Source: Octopus vulgaris | Taxonomy: Eukaryota | Length of the DNA stretch: 64,000 bases | Assembly (NCBI GenBank): GCA_951406725.2 | Contig: OX597835.1 | Span: 7,006,001-7,070,000 of the forward strand | Direction of reading: 5' to 3' | The notes under the pieces: generated by a model | What the model was told of the DNA's origin: nothing | Databases searched by the model: none | The model's input: the letters and a program-made list of their open reading frames with translations, nothing else | In this document: piece after piece, positions 1 through 14,311 of the stretch | Position numbering within the stretch: the stretch's first letter is position 1 | Layout: the number at the start of each line of letters is the position of its first letter | Translations under genes and position numbers: made by a program

Positions 1-615
1 AGTATGGTTTGTCACGCTGGAGGGAAAATGAGGAATATCGAACTGGACAGGAAGCGTATGGAATTAATGTGCATGAGTGTATGTATGTATGTATGTATGT
101 ATGTATGTATGTATGTATGTATGTATGTATGTATGTATGTATGTATGTATGTAGAATATAAATTATTCAGCGGAATAATAAATTTAATATTCTTTGGTGG
201 TAATAATTTTTCAAGCATTTGTACATGTCCTTAAAAAAAAACCAGTTTTACTTTCATTAGGATAACTTTCATCTTCTACTTGCGTTAGTCATTAGACTAC
301 GCCCTTGCTGGGGCACCGCCTTGAAGAATTTTTAGACGTTTGGATTGACGAGAGTGCATCTGTATTTGGTTTTTATGCCTGATAATTATTTATTGGTTTC
401 TTAGGAGGAACGCTAAGTTACAAAGTTACACATTAACACGGTTGTCAAGCGGTGGTGACGTACAATCCCAGAGGTACACACACACAAACACACATATACA
501 GTGCGTGTGTGCACGTGGCAAAATTAGTATAGGCAGCAGAGTGCAGTGTTTTACTAAAAAAAAAAGGAAATCTATAAATGTCACTAAAAGTGACTAGGAT
601 ATTAGAATGTGTACG

Positions 616-960
616 GTGAAGGCGCATGGCTCAGCGGTTAAAAGGTCGGGCTCAGAATCACGAGCTTGTGAGTGCGATTCCCGCACCGGGCATATGTTGT
701 GTTCGTCAGCAAGACACTTTATTTTCACGTTGCTCCAGTTCACTCAGCTGTAGAAATGATATCAGTGGTGCCGAGCTGTAGAGGTCCCTTTGCCTTTCCC
801 TTGCATAACACCAGTGGCATGGAGAGGAGGGGAGATTGGTATGCCTGGGCGACTGCTGGTCTCCCATAATCAACCTTACCCGAACTTTTGCTTTGGAAGG
901 TAACTTTCCACGTGCAATCCCATGATCATTCATGACTGAAAGGGGTCTTTACTCTTTACC
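616..960 (+). mobile_element. tRNA-like SINE, family D (head gtgaaggcgcatggctcag)
   Basis: Pol III A/B-box-like head plus the module gagcaagacactttatttcacgttgctccagttcactcagctg, shared with copies at 4276-4572 and 55328-55678. Confidence 0.8.
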
Positions 961-1680
961 CTACACACACATGATTTTTTTAAAAGCAGATCCCGAAATA
1001 AGGAAAGGAAAACTTAATCTTGGTAGAATTTGAACTCAGAGTGTTCAGATTCCAAACAATTACCTCAAGTTATCTGTGCCAATCCACTATCCAGTATTGA
1101 TAAGTTTTTTTGCTGTTTTTTTTTATCGAATTAAAAAATTGTAAAGTAAGGATGAGGTTGGTGGGATTTGAACTCAAAACTGAAAGAATCAGAACAAACA
1201 ATCAATGGCATTCTAATCTGACGACCAACTGATACCTATTTCTTTATTGCCCACAAAGGGCTAAACATAAAGGGGACAAAGAAGGACAGACAAAGGGATT
1301 AAGTCGATTATACCGACGCCAAGTGCGTAACTGGTACTTAATTTATCGACCCCGAAAGGATGAAAGGCAAAGTCGACCTCGGCGGAATTTGAACTCAGAA
1401 CCGCCAACTCACCGCCTTTTATATTCAATGGATATTGTCTGGTATTACGATGAAACAAATGTGGGAACTTCTGACAATCATGCTTTTCTAAAAGGCATTG
1501 AATTATTTGGAAAAATGAAATTCCGTCTCAAAAAAAAAAAATAAATAAAACTCGGTTACTATTTCACTCCACTCACTCCTTTGTTGTTTTCTAACAAACA
1601 ACAAAACAGTACAAAAACACCATCGAGCGAACATTATTATTATTATTATGATTATGATTATTATTATTATTGTTGTTATT

Positions 1681-1920
1681 CTGACAGCCTCTCGGATAGA
1701 TCTTAATTACCGGTTAATCTTTACTTGAAAGCAGACAATAACAAATCACCAAAGGTCTCAAGTAGTGCCTTCTCCTGTGACTAAAACACACTATACTCTC
1801 CTTAGAATGGAGCTGTACTCAACAATGCTATCTCCAAGATCACCTCGAGCCTCGTAGCAGCTCCAGTAGTCTTAATATGTCTTTTGATATTCCTTGGAAA
1901 CTGCATCAAATGCTCCAATT
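1681..1920 (-). mobile_element. 5'-truncated Dong/R4-clade non-LTR retrotransposon 3' end (decayed)
   Basis: Frameshifted translation IGAFDAVSK/NIKRHIKTTGAATRLEVILEIALLSTA/ILRRV* resembles the R4/Dong C-terminus (IGALG...KTALLGTARILR.V). Flanked on both sides by (TAA)n-type tracts. Confidence 0.65.
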
Positions 1921-1930
1921 ATTATTGTTA

Positions 1931-1989
<59 letters not shown>

Positions 1990-1992
1990 TAC

Positions 1993-2064
1993 CTGTATCA
2001 AATCTTTTACTAAAGATGCTATGAACATATCATCTAATTTCATATCTTCATTTTCCAGAACGTC
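1993..2064 (-). CDS. Receptor guanylyl cyclase exon: kinase-homology domain (DVLENEDMKLDDMFIASLVKDLIQ)
   Basis: 72 nt, ttgcag acceptor, gtaaat donor, phase 0 to 0. Matches D.LENE...LD.MF..SL..D that follows GSLQ in this family. Confidence 0.95.
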
Positions 2065-2124
2065 CTGCAAATAGAAATAATAGTTACTGTTGGTGATAGT
2101 AGTAGTAGCAGCAGCAGCAGCGGC

Positions 2125-2174
<50 letters not shown>

Positions 2175-2879
2175 GAGGAGGAGGAGGTGGACAAAAAGGA
2201 GTCTCGTGCATCTAGAAATACTAATGAACGTATTTATTTAATGTACGAACACAGTGACAGCTAAAATACCTTTGGGTATACACCTTCGTAATTATTAGGT
2301 TGAATTGTAAGCACCGCTGACATATCGGTAATTTGATCATTTATTAGCAAATATAACCAGATATTCTGACATAGTAGTCTATATGCCTTTTCTGAAACAG
2401 AGGGGCCTGATAAGATATTTTTAGAATATTTGTAGAGTATTTTTAGAGTTTAGTATTAAAATTGTTGCTATTCGTCGTGTAGTACTGTTTGTGCGTATTT
2501 CAGTGTAATGTTTAGGTGTATGTGTATGTGTGTGTGTGTATGCGTGTGTTCGTGCATGTATGCGTGTGTGTGTGCATGCATACGCATGTATACGTTTGGG
2601 CGTGTCTGTGTGTTTGTGTGAGTGAGCGTGTGTTTGTGTGTATGTGTGTTTGCACTTGTGCAAACGTGTGTGTTTCGTTGTGTGAGTGTGTGCGTGCCTG
2701 AGTGTGCATGCGTGTTTGTGTGTGTGAGTGAGTGTGTATGCGTGTGAGTGTGTGTGTGTGTGTGTGTGTGCATCTTTCGAATGCATTGACTCTAGAAGTG
2801 ATTTTCTACAGCCTCATAGTTATTCTATGGGCCTTTTTTGACGAGCCGCTAAGTTACGAGGGTGCATCACGTCATTACC

Positions 2880-3201
2880 GCTTGTCAGGCGGTTGCTGTC
2901 GTTTGTTCCTTCTCGAGCCATGCCTGGCTCATAAGGGCTGGTTTCCTGGTTTCCTTGGCATATAGGTTCCCCACCTGGACGGGACGCCGGTCCATCGCAG
3001 GTGATCTGCAAGATGCAGGAGGAAAGAGTGAGAGAAAGTTGTGGCGAAAGAGTCTGCAGAAGTTCGCCATTACCTTGTGCCGGCGCCGCGTGGAGCTTAG
3101 GTGTTTCGCTCATAAGCACACTCATTGCCCGGTCTGAGATTCGAACCGGCGATCCTTCGACCGCGAGTTCACTGCTCTAACCACTAGGCCATGTGCCGCC
3201 A
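2880..3201 (-). mobile_element. tRNA-like SINE, family C variant
   Basis: Head ggcggcacatggcctagtggttagagcag on the minus strand. Body shared with 60630-60926 and 38655-38810. Confidence 0.7.
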
Positions 3202-3243
3202 CTGCCAGGCGGTAGTGGAGAACAAATGCGAAACAAGACAAGC

Positions 3244-3351
<108 letters not shown>

Positions 3352-3707
3352 TTATACATGACAGACTTCTTTCCCTTTCCGTTTACCAAATCCACTCGGA
3401 AAGTTTTGGTCGGCCCAAGGGTACAACAGAAGGTCGTTGGCCAAGGTGCTACCCGGTGGGACTGAAGAGGGGACCATGTGATTTGGAAGCAAACTTCTTA
3501 CCACAGAGCCACGCTTATGGCCATATTGATTAGCTTTGCCAAGCCCTAAGGATCTACGTACAATGTAGTCTTAACGTGAATGAAAACCCTACGCATTTTT
3601 ATCCACGGGAAGGTGAACAACATAAAAAGAAAATCGTTAATATCGATTAGAACCAGACTAAACTGGTTTGGGCCGGTTAAGTGGTAGTTAATAAGAGGGC
3701 GACTTAC

Positions 3708-3812
3708 CTGCAAACTTCCTTTCGAGCAGTATTCTGTAACGATGATGAAGTGCGGCGGATCGACACAAGCTCCGATGAAAGCGTTGACATTTCCGTGACG
3801 GATGTCCCGCAT
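3708..3812 (-). CDS. Receptor guanylyl cyclase exon: kinase-homology domain ([35 protein letters not shown])
   Basis: 105 nt, caccag acceptor, gtaag donor, phase 0 to 0. Matches the MRD..H.N...FIGAC.DPP...IVTEYC.KGSLQ motif of NPR-type cyclases. Confidence 0.96.
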
Positions 3813-3892
3813 CTGGTGACAAAGAAGAAACAAAAGAAAATGGAGAACACATTATGCCTGTATGTCTGTGCGTATGTATACATGTATGTATG

Positions 3893-3893
<1 letters not shown>

Positions 3894-3957
<64 letters not shown>

Positions 3958-3975
3958 CATCCATCCATCCATCCG

Positions 3976-4048
<73 letters not shown>

Positions 4049-4079
4049 ATATCTATCTGTCTGTCTATCTATCTATCTG

Positions 4080-4149
<70 letters not shown>

Positions 4150-4167
4150 CATCCATCCATCCATCCG

Positions 4168-4249
<82 letters not shown>

Positions 4250-4250
4250 A
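3894..4250. repeat. (CTAT)n microsatellite with a duplicated (CCAT)n-CCGT interruption
   Basis: Seen directly. The same interruption recurs near 3957 and 4149. Confidence 0.95.
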
Positions 4251-4275
4251 TCTATATGTTTGTGCGTGTGTGTGT

Positions 4276-4572
4276 GTGAAAGCGCATGGCTTAGAGGCTA
4301 GAGCGTCGAGCATACGATCGTGAGGTTGTAAGCTCGAATCCCGTACCAGGCTGCGTGTTGTGTTCTTGAGCAAGACACTTTATTTCACGCTGCTCCAGTT
4401 CACTCAGCTGCAGAAACGTCACAGGTGCCAAACCGTATCGGCCTTTCCCTTGGATAACACTGGTGGCGTGGGGCGACTGTTGGTCTTCCATAAACAGCCT
4501 TGCCCGGACTTGTGCCTGGGAGGGTAACTTTCTAGGTGTAGTCCCATGGTCAGTCATGACCGAAGGGGGTCT
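4276..4572 (+). mobile_element. tRNA-like SINE, family D
   Basis: Colinear with 616-960. Confidence 0.8.
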
Positions 4573-4593
4573 CAGCATATATACATGAATGTT

Positions 4594-4643
<50 letters not shown>

Positions 4644-4762
4644 TGATAAAATTTTTTCCACAGTTAGTAAATGTTATGTCTAACATTTTCTTTTAATTCA
4701 ACTCATTAATAAAATAAATCACTATTTACTAGCTAATTATGATTATATATTAATAGAAATGG

Positions 4763-4793
<31 letters not shown>

Positions 4794-5513
4794 AATATGA
4801 AATGATTTCTATATTTTCTATCCCTATATAAGATACTAATATTTATTGAATTCCTTTAGAAAATTATCTAAATGATATTTACTTAAATTTCTTAATATCT
4901 ACTTAAATTTCTTAAATTTCTAATGTATATATATATATATATATATATGTTTTATATTTTATGTTTTATTTGTTATTTATGTTTTAGTTTATGTCTATCA
5001 CTGTTTGAGTTGCATAATATTGGTTTTATCTCTAATTTATATATGTATGTATGCATGTATGTATGTATGTATGTATGTATGTATGTATGTATGTATGTAT
5101 GTATGTATGTATGTATGTATGTGTGTATGTATGTATGTATGTATGCACCTGACACGTCACATCTGGTTAATACTCTAAATCATGAAGTCTGCTTCTATAT
5201 CCACATATATTTATGCATACGTGCATTCACATACACACACACACACACGCACACACACACACACAGACACACAGGTTGATAGACTGCATAAAATGTTTGA
5301 ATATCTTGTTTCCTGCAAACGTACAAGCTAAGTCTGCTTAGAAGTTTCATCTGCAAAAGGACAAAACATGTTTCGTAAAAACCGAACTTAAAATCGGATT
5401 AGAATCTCCCTTTCTTTGGTGTCGTTCACTTCAGAAATTATATATAAAGAAACGTGTTATCGTGTGTGTGTATGTGTGTGTGTGTGTATATAGATATGTA
5501 TACATATACATGC

Positions 5514-5593
<80 letters not shown>

Positions 5594-5744
5594 ATATGTA
5601 TGTATAGGTTAACCGTAAATGAAAACACAGGTAACTAAAGTTAAAGGAACGTACAAAATGAATGCATTTGACGCCGAGAGAAAGTTATAGACGGAAAAAA
5701 AGAGGGAGTGTGCATATATCTATGTATATGTATATGTATATGTA

Positions 5745-5797
<53 letters not shown>

Positions 5798-5801
5798 TCA
5801 G

Positions 5802-5941
<140 letters not shown>

Positions 5942-5964
5942 TTATATATATATACACACAAATA

Positions 5965-6010
<46 letters not shown>

Positions 6011-6042
6011 ATATATATATACACATATATACATATATACAG

Positions 6043-6092
<50 letters not shown>

Positions 6093-6603
6093 TAGTACAT
6101 CCTGCCTCGCAGCTAATATATTGCCGTTCTGTGTCAAGTTCTTCGTTCAAAAGATACTATTTTGAAATTAGATTTAAATTTTCGCGTGAAGAGAGTCATA
6201 TAGTCTCTGAGACAATCGTCTATAACCGTACACATACATACACATACACAAACACACACACAAACACACGAACACATGCAAATATATATACATACATATA
6301 TATATGCATACGTTCATAACTGTATATATATATTCATAAATATATACATTTGTTTGTGTTTGTATATATATGTGCGTGTGCGCGAGTGTGACTGTTTTAG
6401 TAGGTAAAATTAATGCGAGAGATTTGCCCAGGGGCATACAGTGTATTAAAACTATAGATTACACGAAATATATACACGCTATTACATCTCTCTATAAGTA
6501 TACACACACATACACACCCACACGTACACACATGTATATATATACGCACATATACATGTGTGCGTGTGTATATATATGTATATATATACATTTATATATT
6601 GAT

Positions 6604-6642
<39 letters not shown>

Positions 6643-6934
6643 CATATATATATATATATCGAAATACATATAAATGTATATATAAACATAGACACATGCA
6701 TACTGTAATATGATTTAGATACATATACACACACACACACATATATGTATGAATATGTATATATATATCTTAGTTATATGATATATCTATATATGCAAAT
6801 ACATAAATATATATATGTGTGTGTATGTACGTATGTATGAGAGTGTGTGCATGTGTGTTTGTGTGTGTGTGCGCGCGTATTGATAAGTATATATTGTATA
6901 TATTTCATGATATGAATATTCGATGCATATGTAT

Positions 6935-7007
<73 letters not shown>

Positions 7008-10000
7008 TATATGTATGCATGCATATATATATATGTATGTATGTATATATATATATATATACACGTACACACACACATGCATCAACCCCTCCCCGTACAC
7101 ACACATCAGAGAAAGACATAACCGACACACAGACAGACACCCATACACATGCGTACATACCGCCATACTCTTCTGCAAATATCTATCGTTCGGTTATAAG
7201 TTGTCATAGTTGTATTTCCTGCTCAAAATGGCACAATACATTAAACATATGTATTGCGTTGGAACCGAATGAAAGAATATATACTTCAGTAGTGTGTTCT
7301 GCGACGTATTATTACTGGAACCATTTAGTTCCACACAGGTATTTATATATTTGCTTCTAAAACTCTATTATTTTCTGTGTAACTACCGTATGTATCTTAT
7401 GTGTCGCTGAAATGTATTACATTCCGCCTTTGGTAAAATTTATAAGATTTCTTCTAAAACTGCGGTTGTGCTGGATTAAATATCATGCTAGAATCGTTCG
7501 CACGCCGAACAAAATGCTTAGCAGCATTTCCGCCGTTTTTTACATTCTGAGTTCAAATTCCGCAGAGGTCCACGCTGCTCTTCATCTTTTCTTGGTCGAA
7601 GAAATATGTACCAATTGAGCACTTGGGCACGACTATCCCCCACTCCAAAGAAAATTTCAGGCCTTCTGCCTATAATAGAAAGGATTATTGGTTTGAAATT
7701 TTGAGACAGGGCCAGAAATTTTGGGGGAGGTTGCAAGTTGATTACTTCGACCCCATTGCTCAACTGGTAATTTATTTTATCGACCCTTAAAGGATGAAAT
7801 GCAAAGTCAACCTTGGCGGAATTTGAACTCAGAACGTAAAGACGGCCGGCTAAGGATTCTGCCAACTCGCCGTGTGAATTATTACTTGTTAATTCTAAAG
7901 TCGGGTGTGATGGCAGAAATGTTAGTGCGTAGAACAAAATAATACGCGGTTATTGTTTCAGTGCAGCTGTATACGCTTCGAGATCAAATTCCGTTGAGGT
8001 TTTTTTAAATGTTTTTCGTCCTTCCGGCGTCGATGAAAAATATGTACAAGTTGAACACTGAAGTCGATGTAATTGATGGACTCCCTTCTTCAAAATTTCA
8101 GGCCATTTTTCCTGTTGTAGAAAGGATTATTAGGAGATAGTTCATCAGTCGGTGAGCTGGCAGAATCGATAGCACGTCGGTTTAAATGCTTAACGGCATT
8201 TTTGCACCTCTTTACGTTCTGAGTTCAAATTCCACCGAGGTAGAACTTGCCTGTCATCCTTTCGAGCTCGATGAAGCAATATTTATCAGATGAATTGCTA
8301 CCCTTGGACCAAAATTAGGAAGAATTATTAAAAAGACAAACTGTCAGAATCGTTAGGTTTCATAGAAAGGGTAATAAAGAAGTGATCGAAGGGTAATAGA
8401 GTGCTGGTACGAAATTATAATGGAGCGATTGATTAATGATAGAATAGAGACCGAGGGATGATAGAAAGCTGATAGTGGGATGATAGAGTGGTGATAGAAA
8501 GTTGGTGATAAAGTTCTTATAGACGGGTAACAAGGCAGCAACAGAAAGATGATAGAAGAGGGAGAGAGACATGATAAGTAGTGATAGAGGTAAGAGAAGA
8601 CAATAGAAGGTGAATGATTAGAGATAGAGGAGCGGTAGAGTGGTGATAATAGATCTGTGAGTGTGGTGTCCTAACTAGGCAAGAAATTAAACTAGTATAC
8701 CATGAAGAGAAACGTTATTCCATAAATGCAAAAGTCTTGAAGATTTCATTGTTGTTCTCGGAGAGATTTTGAAAGATTTAGAAGTTGCATTGTGTATGGT
8801 TCGCATTCTTGTCAGTACATTGCATTTAAGTGTACTTATTGTAAGTTTTACTGCTAGGAAAGAATTTCAAAACTTAACAGCAACATCTGGTTCGCTTCGC
8901 CAAGCATGAAATGAAAGAAAGCAAATCACAAATTTTGGTGTCAGTCAAATGTAAAGTGGTTTAAAATTTGAATATAAAATCTGAATGTAAAATATGCTTT
9001 ATGGTAGCATACTTAGTAACCCCAGGTACTGGCATAGCTGTGTGGTCAACAAGTTCGCTTTTGTAGTCAAGTTTCGGGTTCAGTCCCACTGTGAAGTACT
9101 TTGGTAAGCGTCTTCTAATATAGTTCCAAGGTCGACCAATGCCTTATCAGTGACACCCGTCGTGTATACACACACGCGCGTGCACACACACACACACATG
9201 GGAGGGTGTATGAGTTTTTGCGTTATTCTCTCATTTAACGCTTGACGACTGCTGTTGGTTTCTTTACGTCCCCGTAACTTGGCGGTTCGTAAAAACATAC
9301 CGATAGTATAAGTATCGAAATTTTAAAATAATCAGTACTTGGGTCCGATTTTTCGACTTAACTTTTGAAGGCAATGTCCCAGTATGGCCGCAGTCAAACT
9401 ACTGAAACAAATAGTGGATTTACGATTTAAAAAAAAAAATCAGTTGGGAGAGTGTTAGACAGAAGATCTCAAGGTCCCTTGATCGACCCCAGTTTTGGCA
9501 TTTTTACGCATTATACTTCAAGTGATGTAAATTGCGGTGCTACAGCATGGCCACAGCATTTGGGCTGCAACACAGAGGAAAAATAATGGGGAAGTAAATT
9601 TTTAAAATACAAACCAAACACAACACATGTTTCAAAATAACTCATTCCCTTGTCATACGGCCACAGATATATGGAGTGGTGGAGGCAGAGGTATAGATAA
9701 ATAGCGTTCGTATAATAAATATATAAGGTAAGTAGAGAAATAAGTGCTCAGATGTAGTAAATATAAGAAGTTGTTTGAATAAATCTCAATATATTGCCGG
9801 AAGGGAGCAAGTAAAAATGTCCCCACTGGGCTTGCAATTTGCAGTATTGAATTAAAGCAGTCACTTAAAATTCATCCCTGTAGCGGCCAATCTATTTTAG
9901 TTGAACACTATACAGAGAGGTTATCTGAGGACAAATCAGGCAGTGTTTGGCCTATGAACAGTGTACATACAGTTAATTACGATACGTAGAGAGTTATTTT

Positions 10001-10265
10001 AATTAACTATTGCACCAGTTAATTATACTGGACTTATATTGAAGGGGGCAGGTATTTGCTACATCAGTGAATGATCTATTCACTTTTTCTTATACCAGGG
10101 AAACGAATTCTTGTCCGAGCGTGTGGCTAGCTGCGTTTATGTAGCATCGAGAAGGCTAAAATGTTAAAATACATCTAGCACTCGCGTTGATCGATGGTAG
10201 GACAAAGTTATGTCTCCCGCTGATATTTTATTTTTAACACAGTAAATCCATAAGATGTGAGGATT

Positions 10266-10649
10266 GGAAGCACTCCGTCGGTTACGACGACGAGGGTTCC
10301 AGTTGATCCGAATCAACGGAACAGCCTGCTCGTGAAATTAACGTGTAAGTGGCTGAGCACTCCACAGACACGTGTACCCTTAACGTAGTTCTCGGGGATA
10401 TTCAGCGTGACACAGAGAGTGACAAGGCCGGCCCTTTGAAATACAGGTACAACAGAAACAGGAAGTAAGAGTGAGAGAAAGTTGTGGTGAAAGAGTACAG
10501 CAGGGATCACCACCATCCCCTGCCGGAGCCTCGTGGAGCTTTAGGTGTTTTTGCTCAATAAACACTCACAACGCCCGGTCTGGGAATCGAAACCGCGATC
10601 CTATGACCGCGAGTCCGCCGCCCTAACTACTGGGCCATTGCGCCTCCAT
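10266..10649 (-). mobile_element. Full-length tRNA-like SINE, family C, with 10-bp TSD
   Basis: Head tggaggcgcaatggcccagt on the minus strand. TSD tgtgaggatt at 10256-10265 and 10650-10659. Close copies at 31967-32304 and 60104-60471. Confidence 0.9.
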
Positions 10650-11380
10650 TGTGAGGATTATTAACTGCAATAACAAGGCAATGGACAGTGAAACATACAT
10701 GGATATTTTAATTAAATACAGTCTTAATTGCCTATACCAGATTTTTATTCAGCCCGCGGTTATTTGGAACAGCAGTGAATGTAGAAAATTACTATTTTTG
10801 AATCTCAGAACGTGAGATATTCAGCAACAGTACTTTGTAGTACCGATTGTTTGCCAACATATCATGGCAGTCATGGTTTCGGCCGAATGTTAATGTTGCT
10901 GTAATTTAGCCCCAAGAGACATTTGAACTAAGAACGTAAGAATCATTACCGCACATTTTTACCGGCGCTGTAACGATTCTGCCAGCACGCCATCTTTGAC
11001 AGTTCACATTTTCTTAATTACAACTGAATCAGAGAAACGGTTGGATCCAGAGAGAGAGGGGAACACTCAATATGTCAGGCCAAAAGTGCTTGACATCAAA
11101 ATCTCACCTACTTAGGTCGTTTCTTTATCCTCTGTTCTCCATTCTGCCGTAGCAAATGACAAGATTTTCAAGGAGATATTTCGTTTGCTTGTAACCTTGT
11201 ATGAGATACAGATGAAGCAGAGCAGTTTGTTTTCTTTGGCAAAAATCTAGCGTATGCGTGTACAAATGTGTGTATGTATGTATGTGTGTGTGTGTGTGTG
11301 TGGTGCATGCGCATGTGTGTCCATGCATACGTGCATGTGTATGTGAACGTGTCTGATTGAGTGGAGTGCGTGGATGCATG

Positions 11381-11418
<38 letters not shown>

Positions 11419-11577
11419 ATATATGTATATATATATGTATATATATACATATATATATATAATATTTATATTATGTATATATATATGTATATATATATAC
11501 ATACATGTATATGTATATATATATATAATATATATTATGTACATATATATATATATATACATGTATATATATACATA

Positions 11578-11681
<104 letters not shown>

Positions 11682-12060
11682 CATATACTTATGGTAGAGC
11701 AGAAAGTGGTGCAAAGGTTGGTTTGAAACTGAACATCAAAAACACGCACTAATGCTTTGTCAATGGAGGATTTTAGAGACTTTTATGATTAAAGATCAAA
11801 CATGATGGAATCAAAGAACGAGGTCACATTCGTTGGATTGAAGCTGGTTGCAATAAGTGGGAGATGTTTATGCATCAGATTCAAGGAAGAATGGTTAGTG
11901 GCGTGATGTGGGGGGTTGGGAGTGAGGGTTTCCGAAAAGCACGAAAGATAAAGGGACTTATCTTGATTCGAAGGAGAAATGAGAGAGAATTTTGAAGACA
12001 ACCTTCGGTGAAAAAGATGGGAAACTAAAATTGGTTAGAACGGTGCCGAGTGATACGACC

Positions 12061-12492
12061 ATCATCATCATCATTGTTCGACCGTGGTCGAGACAATGGA
12101 ATTTACGATGCTACGCCAGACTTCACGGTCCATCATGGCATTACGGAGGTCCTGTTGCTGGATGCCTGTATCCCTGGAGATTACATCAGGGTAGGAGAGT
12201 GTGCGCCCTCTGGTATTGCGAGTAGATAGCTTCCAGAGGAGAAGAGTAGAAATTACTTCTGTTTCAGCTCTACAACAATGTCCAGCAAACTGGACTCTCC
12301 TACCTTTCACAAGAGATGACACAGGTGGTAGTTTCCCATATATTTGCATTTTGGTTGGATGGCGCTTCCACGCGAGATTTTGAGCTCTCATAAGGAGGCG
12401 AGTGTAGGTTCCATCCAACCGCCTCTCAAGCTTCTTTGATAACGTCCAGGTTTCTGAGCCATATAGTAGAATTGGTTCGACTGTGGCTTTGA
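12061..12492 (-). mobile_element. 5'-truncated RTE-like LINE 3' end with (TGA)n tail and TSD
   Basis: Uninterrupted ORF with LLYGSETWTL...R.QFAGHC.R...DREVWR, typical of the RTE-clade C-terminus. TSD atacgacca at 12053-12061 and 12493-12501. Confidence 0.9.
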
Positions 12493-13181
12493 ATACGACC
12501 AACGAAACAACCTGCTTGTAGAATTAACGCCCAACAGACTCAGAACTCTCCAGACACACGTACCCTTAAAGAAGTTCTCAGGGAAATTCAGAGTGACACC
12601 GTATGTGCCGAGGCTGGTGTGTTTGATGTGGACTGGTACAACGTGAAATAAAATATCCGGCTCGATACCGTATGGTTGATATATTACGTGAAGATGGAGG
12701 GTTATATGTCATAATGTAATCTGTGAATATATCAAAGAAATTTTACCGAAACAGCTGTCTTAAGATTTAAACCCCATTTCTGTTATTTTATATACATACA
12801 CAGGGACACACACATCTTGAGAAATATATGTACATACACACACATATGTATATGTATATGCATGTATATATATATATATATAGATGACGGGATTCTTTCA
12901 GTTTCCTACAAGCAATTCCACGCACAAGGCTGTGGTCGGATCGAGGCCATAATAGAATACATTTACCCAAGATGCCACGCAGTAGGACTGAATCCAGCGC
13001 TATTTGTGAGAAAAGGAAACTTCTTCCCACACAGCCACAAGTGCGCCATGTGTGTGTGTGTATTCATACATTATATATATATATACACACGCACATACAT
13101 ACATTCCTACACATATATATATGTATGTATGTATATGTATATGCATATATATATATATATATGTATATATATCTATATCTA

Positions 13182-13250
<69 letters not shown>

Positions 13251-13375
13251 CTCTCTCTATCTATCTATCCTTATATTTTTATTTGCGCAAAAACCCCAAA
13301 ACGCGAGCCTCTACTTCCCTTTGCTGGCTACCACCTGTTAATACCATGTAATTTTCATAGGTATTTGGATATTAC

Positions 13376-13444
<69 letters not shown>

Positions 13445-13479
13445 CATTATTATTATTATTAATAATAATAATAATAATG

Positions 13480-13588
<109 letters not shown>

Positions 13589-14311
13589 CAACAAGGATAA
13601 CATTAACAACGACAAAATCTCCTGCAACCATATATTTGCCATTTGATTTTATTTCTCCCGTTTTTTTTAAATTCCCAGCTGAGCCTATAAGATATTTCTG
13701 ACTGAAATACTGATATTATAGCGAAATTATACTAAATCCAGCATAATGTAATGGCTGCGAGATATGTTGCATTCTTCAAAGGAAAGACATTGAATTCGAA
13801 TTTACCATAACGTTCTACCAATAAATACCAATTATACTACATATGACTTTCATCCAAGCTGTCCCATTATTCTATTTCAATACCTCGCGGTATGTTAAAT
13901 GAGCAATTTAATAACTATCAGATTCTCGTTTACAACTAAAACCTACTTATATTTATATAAAACCTATTTATAGTTAAGGCGTTATTAGATGACTTTGCTG
14001 TTATGCGCATTATGCAAATTATTCTGGCAATTATTTCGCTGTTGCGAAATTTATTTTTGATTTAAATAGCGATTACTATACCATTCGATTCCCTTCTTCG
14101 GCGAGGGGATCTTGGGTAGGGTGTTATTTGTCATATCAGGAGAGGCCAATCTGTCTTAAAGTACAACCAAAGTATTTTCCATTAATTTTTGTCTGCGTTT
14201 GTCCCCGACCACAGCTTGATAACCGGTGTGGGTGTATTTACGTCCCCGTAACTGAAAGCTTTGGTAAAAAAAAATGACTGATAGTATAAGTACCAGGCCT
14301 TACAAATAATA

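Noticed and set aside
616-700. tRNA gene candidates at SINE heads
   Set aside because: A/B boxes are present, but they continue into SINE bodies and I could not form a complete cloverleaf.
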